From NCBI RefSeq assembly GCF_006345805.1, contig NC_043016.1:19902001-19966000 (forward strand): DNA of 64,000 nucleotides, read 5' to 3'. The translations under genes and the position numbers were made by a program. Source of the stretch: Octopus sinensis (taxonomy: Eukaryota). Shown piece after piece: positions 58,989-64,000 of the stretch (its first letter is position 1; each line of letters opens with the position of its first letter). The notes under the pieces were generated by a model. It was given only the letters and a program-made list of their open reading frames with translations. It was not told the DNA's origin and searched no databases.

Positions 58989-61015
58989 TAGAGGTATCAA
59001 GCTGTTGGACCAGGTGATGAAGGTTACGGAGAGGGTCATAGCCCAACTAATTAGAGAGAGAGTTAGTTTAGATGAGATGCAGTTTGGGTTTGTGCCAGGG
59101 AAAAGTACTACTGATGCTATATTCCTGGTAAGGCAGCTGCAGGAGAAATACCTAGCCAAAGATAAGCCCCTGTACCTGGCTTTTGTTGACATGGAGAAAG
59201 CCTTCGACAGGGTCCCCCGATCCCTTATCTGGTGGGCAATGAGGAAACTAGGGATAGATGAATGGTTAGTGAGAGCTGTGCGGGCCATGTATAGGGACGC
59301 CGCTAGTAGGGTGAGGGTTGGAAATGAGTACAGTGAAGAATTCCGGGTAGAGGTAGGAGTCCACCAAGGCTCAGTACTCAGCCCCCTCCTATTTATCATA
59401 GTCCTCCAGGCAATAACGGAGGAATTCAAGACAGGATGCCCTTGGGAGCTCCTCTATGCTGATGACCTTGCTCTAATTGCTGAGTCGCTATCAGAACTGG
59501 AGGAGAAGTTTCAGGTGTGGAAACAAGGATTAGAATCGAAGGGCCTCAGAGTCAATCTAGCTAAAATCAAAGTCGTAATCAGTAGGAAGGTAGACAAATC
59601 ACAAACACCTTCAGGTAGATGGCCCTGCTCGATCTGTAGAAAAGGTGTAGGTAGAAACTCTATAAGATGCACCAAGTGTAAGCTATGGACACATAAGAGA
59701 TGCAGCAATGTCAAAGGAAGGCTAACTAGGAAGATGGTTTTTGTATGTGGCAGATGCTCAGGAACAATAAACACTGAAAATGCTCTGAGACCAACTTCCG
59801 TCACTTTCCAGGGAGAAAAACTAGAAATAGTTGATAGTTTCCGTTACCTAGGTGACCAAGTCAGCAGCGGGGGCGGGTGTGCTGAAAGTGTAACTGCTAG
59901 AGTAAGAATAGCTTGGGCAAAGTTCAGAGAGCTCTTACCTCTGCTGGTGATAAAAGGCCTCTCGCACAGAGTGAAAGGCAGACTGTATGATGCGTGTGTA
60001 CGAACAGCCATGCTACATGGCAGTGAAACATGGGCCGTGACTGCTGAGGATATGCGTAAGCTCGCTAGAAATGAAGCCAGTATGCTTCGATGGATGTGTA
60101 ATGCCGGTACTCACACTCGGCAGAGTGTAAGTACCTTGAGAGAAAAGCTGGACCTAAGAAGCATCAGTTGTGGTGTGCAAGAGAGACGTTTGCGCTGGTA
60201 TGGTCATGTGGCGAGAATGGATGAAGATAGTTGTGTGAAAAAGTGCCACACCCTAGCGGTTGAGGGAACCTGTGGAAGAGGCAGACCCAGGAAAACCTGG
60301 GACGAGGTGGTGAAGCACGACCTTCGAACTTTAGGTCTCACTGAGGAAATGACTACAGACCAAGACCTCTGGAAGTGTGCTGTGCGCGAGAAGATCCGGC
60401 AGGACAAGTGAGTCCATAACCCGTGGCCTTCTACATGGGATGGAGCCAGCCTACGTATGCATACCTTCCCTTCTTGGGACACAAAACTCTACTTGTGAAG
60501 ACGTGTTGAGGCAAGTGAGGATCAGAATCGAAATTGATCAATGGAAATTGCGGATGTGCTACCAGTGCTGGTGGCATGTCAAAACTCTGCTTGTGAAGAC
60601 CCGTTGAGGCAAGTGAGGATCAGAATCGAAATCGATCAATGGAAATCGATCAATGGAAATTGCAGATGTGTTACCAGTGCCGGTGGCATGTAAGAGAACT
60701 TTCCGTTTCGCGACCGTTGCCAGCACCGCCCCGTTTCGTGTCCGTTGCCAGCCTCGCCTGGCCCTCGTGCCGGTGGCACATAAAAATCACCATCCGTTCG
60801 TGGCCGTTTGCCAGCTCTGTCTGGCACCAGTGCGGGTGGCACGTAAAAAGCACCCACTACACTCACGGAGTGGTTGGCGTTAGGAAGGGCATCCAGCCGT
60901 AGAAACACTGCCAGATTTGACTGGGCCTGATGAAGCCTTCTGGCTTCACAGACCCCAGTAGAACCGTCCAACCAATGCTAGCATGGAAAACGGACGCTAA
61001 ACGATGATGATGATG

Positions 61016-61017
<2 letters not shown>
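58989..61017 (+). mobile_element. 5'-truncated RTE-clade LINE (RT C-terminal ORF, 3'UTR, (GAT)n tail)
   Basis: RT homology starts at RGIKLLDQVMK; ORF 59005-60411 contains QFGF, AFVDMEKAFDRV, GVHQGSVLSP, YADD and LRWYGHV...GRGRPRKTW; ends cggacgctaaacgatgatgatgatgat. Confidence 0.95.
59005..60411 (+). CDS. RTE LINE reverse transcriptase, partial (468 aa open, no endonuclease domain)
   Basis: Uninterrupted ORF with the YADD catalytic motif; truncated at the N-terminus. Confidence 0.9.
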   Translation: MDQVMKVTERVIAQLIRERVSLDEMQFGFVPGKSTTDAIFLVRQLQEKYLAKDKPLYLAFVDMEKAFDRVPRSLIWWAMRKLGIDEWLVRAVRAMYRDAASRVRVGNEYSEEFRVEVGVHQGSVLSPLLFIIVLQAITEEFKTGCPWELLYADDLALIAESLSELEEKFQVWKQGLESKGLRVNLAKIKVVISRKVDKSQTPSGRWPCSICRKGVGRNSIRCTKCKLWTHKRCSNVKGRLTRKMVFVCGRCSGTINTENALRPTSVTFQGEKLEIVDSFRYLGDQVSSGGGCAESVTARVRIAWAKFRELLPLLVIKGLSHRVKGRLYDACVRTAMLHGSETWAVTAEDMRKLARNEASMLRWMCNAGTHTRQSVSTLREKLDLRSISCGVQERRLRWYGHVARMDEDSCVKKCHTLAVEGTCGRGRPRKTWDEVVKHDLRTLGLTEEMTTDQDLWKCAVREKIRQDK

Positions 61018-61056
<39 letters not shown>

Positions 61057-61545
61057 TATATATATAGTGTGTGTGTTTGCCCCCGCCCCCTCACTATTGC
61101 TTGGCAACTGATGTTGGTGTGTTTATGTCTCCGTAACTTAGCGGTTCAGCAAAACAGACCGATAGATTAAGTGCTAGGCTTAGAAAGAATAAGTCCTGGG
61201 GTCGATTTGTTCGACTAAAGGTGGTGCTCCAGTGTGGCCACAGTCAAATGACCGAAACAAATAACAGAATAGAGTTTCTCAAACAAATCTGAACTATTTC
61301 TTCACTAGATTCAAAATCATCATAACTAGTCCTATGAGATGCCAGTGTCCCTTCAAGACATATCAAAAAGGTAGGTTTTATTTCATAAATGGATAAATGT
61401 GAAGAAAATATGCAAGAAAACCATAAGAATATTGTCATGTTTATCTATAAATATACTTATTGTCTTAGTGAATTGATCTACATTCTCAAAGATATTTTTA
61501 CATTTGATCTTGATTTTTCTCTCTCTCACACACACATACATATAT

Positions 61546-61785
61546 GGAGTTCCCAGACCGGGCGTTGTGTGTGTTTATTGAACAAAAACACCTAAAACTC
61601 CACGAGGCTCTGGCAGGGGGTGGTGGTGACCCCTGCTGTACTCTTTCGCCACCACAACCTTCTCTCACTCTTTCTTCTCACTCGCTTAGCCAGCAGGGTG
61701 GCGTCATTTGTAGGCTAAAACAATGCGAAATGCATTGTGACCAGCGATGTGTAGCAACATCTGATAGCCTGGTCGGTCACGTGAT

Positions 61786-61792
<7 letters not shown>
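61546..61792 (+). mobile_element. SINE family C variant with a different 3' tail
   Basis: Shares gtgtttattgagcgaaaacacctaa...ctctttcgccacaactttctctcactc with 26862-27153 but ends tgtgaccagcgatgtg...cacgtga(ta)n. Confidence 0.7.
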
Positions 61793-61842
<50 letters not shown>

Positions 61843-62254
61843 ATATATACACACTGTTGTGTCTGGGGAGAGTCATTTTCTTTTTGTGCCTTATAATTTA
61901 ACACACTCACCAGTAAAATTTCCACTTCTTTCTGAGAAATAAGAAATAAGTGGACATTTTACCGGTGAGTGTATTAAATTATAAGGCACAACAAGAAAAT
62001 GAATCTCTCAAGAGACAACAGAATATGCTCCAACACACGAACTCATATAAAGAATCTTGCAAACCAAATCCAAAAAAAATATATATATATATATATATAT
62101 ATATAGGAAGGGCATCCAGCTGTAGAAACATTGCCAGATAAGACTGGAGCCTGGTGCAGCCTTCTGGCTTCCCAGATCCCCGGTCAAACCGTCCAACCCA
62201 TGCTAGCATGGAGAACAGACGTTAAACGATGATGATGATATATATATATATATA

Positions 62255-62644
62255 GGCGCAGGAGTGGCTGCGTGGTAAGTAGCTTGCTTACCAACCACAT
62301 GGTTCCGGGTTCGGTCCCACTGCGTGGCATCTTGGGCAAGTGTCTTCTGCTATAGCCCCGGGCCGACCAATGCCTTGTGAGTGGATTTGGTAGACGGAAA
62401 CTGAAAGAAGCCTGTCGTATATATGTATATATATATGTATATATGTGTGTGTGTGTTTGTCTGTCCGTGTTTGCTGGTGTGTTTACGTCCCCGTAACTTA
62501 GCGGTTCGGCAAAAAGAGACCGATAGAATAAGTACTGGGCTTACAAAGAATAAGTCCCGGGGTCGATTTGCTCGACTAAAGGCGGTGCTCCAGCATGGCC
62601 GCAGTCAAATGACTGAAACAAGTAAAAGAGTAAAAGAGTAAGAG
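62255..62644 (+). mobile_element. SINE family A, full length, CpG-intact
   Basis: ggcgcaggagtggctgcgtggtaag...gtaaaagagtaaaagag. Confidence 0.85.
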
Positions 62645-62651
62645 TATATAT

Positions 62652-62873
62652 GGAGGGCGTTGTGTGTGTTTATTGAGCGAAAACACCTAAAAAGCTCCAC
62701 GGGGCTCCGGCAGGGGGGTGGTGATCCCTGCTGTACTCTTTCACCACTCTTTCTCTCACTCTTTCTTCTGTTGGCCTGCTCGCTTAGCCAGCGGGGTGGC
62801 GTCATTGAAGGCTAAAACAATGCGAACGCATTGTGACCAGCGATGTGTAACAACATCTGATGGTCTGGTCGAT

Positions 62874-62880
<7 letters not shown>
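62652..62880 (+). mobile_element. SINE family C variant, second copy
   Basis: Near-identical to 61546-61792. Confidence 0.7.
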
Positions 62881-62933
<53 letters not shown>

Positions 62934-63229
62934 TGGAGTTCTGAAATATCACGACGTTGCTACTCTGGAGTTTGGCGTCAACTGCTAATCATATAGGAGT
63001 ATAATTATATTACTAATGGTCGACACGAATATCCGAGTTACAACAGTATATCTGATTTTAAATAATATGTAAACAATAGTATATACATGTATATATATAT
63101 ATGTACTGAGAACTTTTTCTCACATTTGTGAAACGAAATAATTTGACTGTAAATTTATATACGTGACTCAAGGCTGCGACTGCATTTATCAAACATATAC
63201 ACACACACACATTTAGTGGGAGGATACTA

Positions 63230-63453
63230 TTGGGTTGGTGCATAATTATTGCGGCTTCTCCACCCCCAACAAAATCAATAACAATATTTAACAAAAATAT
63301 TTTTAAATGACGGTCGGGTCGTCTGCCAAGCAAACGGGAAGCAGTAATTGAAGTAGATGGTGAATATGCTCCCGAATAATCATTTAAAGATATTTTTGTT
63401 ACATGTTATTGATTTTGTTGAACAAAAGCCGCAATAATTATGCACCAACTCAA
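63230..63453. mobile_element. MADE1-like mariner MITE
   Basis: TA at both ends; TIR ttgggttggtgcataattattgcggctt / aagccgcaataattatgcaccaactcaa; inverted arms extend to about 80 bp. Confidence 0.85.
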
Positions 63454-63816
63454 TATTAAAAATATATATATAAATAATTATGTAGGGTAGAGATTTTTTT
63501 TTTAAATGTTAGCAGATTTACGTTTTACAAAACTGAGGACTTTGAGATAACTTTTCCCCCAAAATCTTCAATATTAAATATTTAAAAGTAACACCTTTAA
63601 ACAGTACTTGCAATTGCGACTCAATGAATGACTAAAACTAAAATGCAAAATTTATAACAACAGGAAAAGAAAGCCTAAATGAATTCATATTTCACAAAAT
63701 AAATAGCGGTTTCGTTATTTTTATAATAAAAATAAACCCCATTCAGCTATGGCTTATTACCAATTCAACAACCTAAAAGCAAATATATAGACGTCACTAA
63801 AATATGTGTGTGTGTG

Positions 63817-63865
<49 letters not shown>

Positions 63866-63944
63866 GCAAAATTAAGATGACATTTTCAATTTACATACGT
63901 ATAGGAAAAATAAAGCAACCCTTCTGAAAGCATCTAATATGTAA

Positions 63945-64000
63945 TCTTTATATATAAAAGTGAAGTTGTGTGTCTGTCTCCTACGATTTAGATTCCTAAC
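63945..64000 (+). mobile_element. Helitron family 1, 5' end (cut by window edge)
   Basis: tctttatatataaaagtgaagttgtg...gatttagattcctaac matches 35710 onward. Confidence 0.75.

Larger units (their letters stand above)
58557..61272 (+). mobile_element. SINE family A split by a nested RTE LINE (5' half 58557-58699, 3' half 61067-61272)
   Basis: The two halves join into the consensus seen at 41121 and 62255; each abuts (TA)n. Confidence 0.75.

Noticed and set aside
1-64000. Most short ORFs in the supplied track (YIYI, THTH, CVCV, ERER and poly-F peptides)
   Set aside because: They run through microsatellites, SINEs or AT-rich intron, without splice context or recognisable domains.
48000-64000. 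A second protein-coding host gene upstream of the adaptin ATG
   Set aside because: No chain of exons with coherent frames or recognisable protein was found on either strand; only transposon-derived ORFs.

Overview
AT-rich, microsatellite- and retroposon-dense animal genomic DNA; the SINE and RTE families point to a coleoid cephalopod, probably Octopus (inference). One host gene dominates: a minus-strand beta-1/beta-2 adaptin (AP-1/AP-2 complex subunit beta, AP1B1/AP2B1 co-orthologue). I traced 20 coding exons with GT-AG ends and compatible phases from the ATG at 43362 to 10970 (2721 nt, 907 codons). The expected short terminal exon (LSLK...stop) was not found in the window. The ATG exon has a splice acceptor 25 nt upstream of the ATG, so at least one non-coding 5' exon lies further right. 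The rest is intronic or intergenic: a 5'-truncated RTE LINE with an open RT ORF, many RTE 3' ends, a CR1/L2 fragment, three tRNA-derived SINE families, mariner/Tc1 remnants, a MADE1-like MITE, TTAA-flanked piggyBac-like MITEs, non-autonomous Helitrons, a Penelope-like remnant and an 18-bp minisatellite. Best leads: (1) a 39-nt exon with consensus splice sites and a 156-nt AG-free zone at 2268-2306, possibly a cassette exon at the junction where vertebrate AP1B1 has a neural microexon; (2) a pre-miRNA-sized intronic hairpin at 31401-31458; (3) a possible stop-containing microexon just before the hinge exon; (4) a hammerhead-ribozyme-like motif; (5) repeated RTE insertion into the internal microsatellite of one SINE family. 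All coordinates and alignments were read by eye; no databases were searched.
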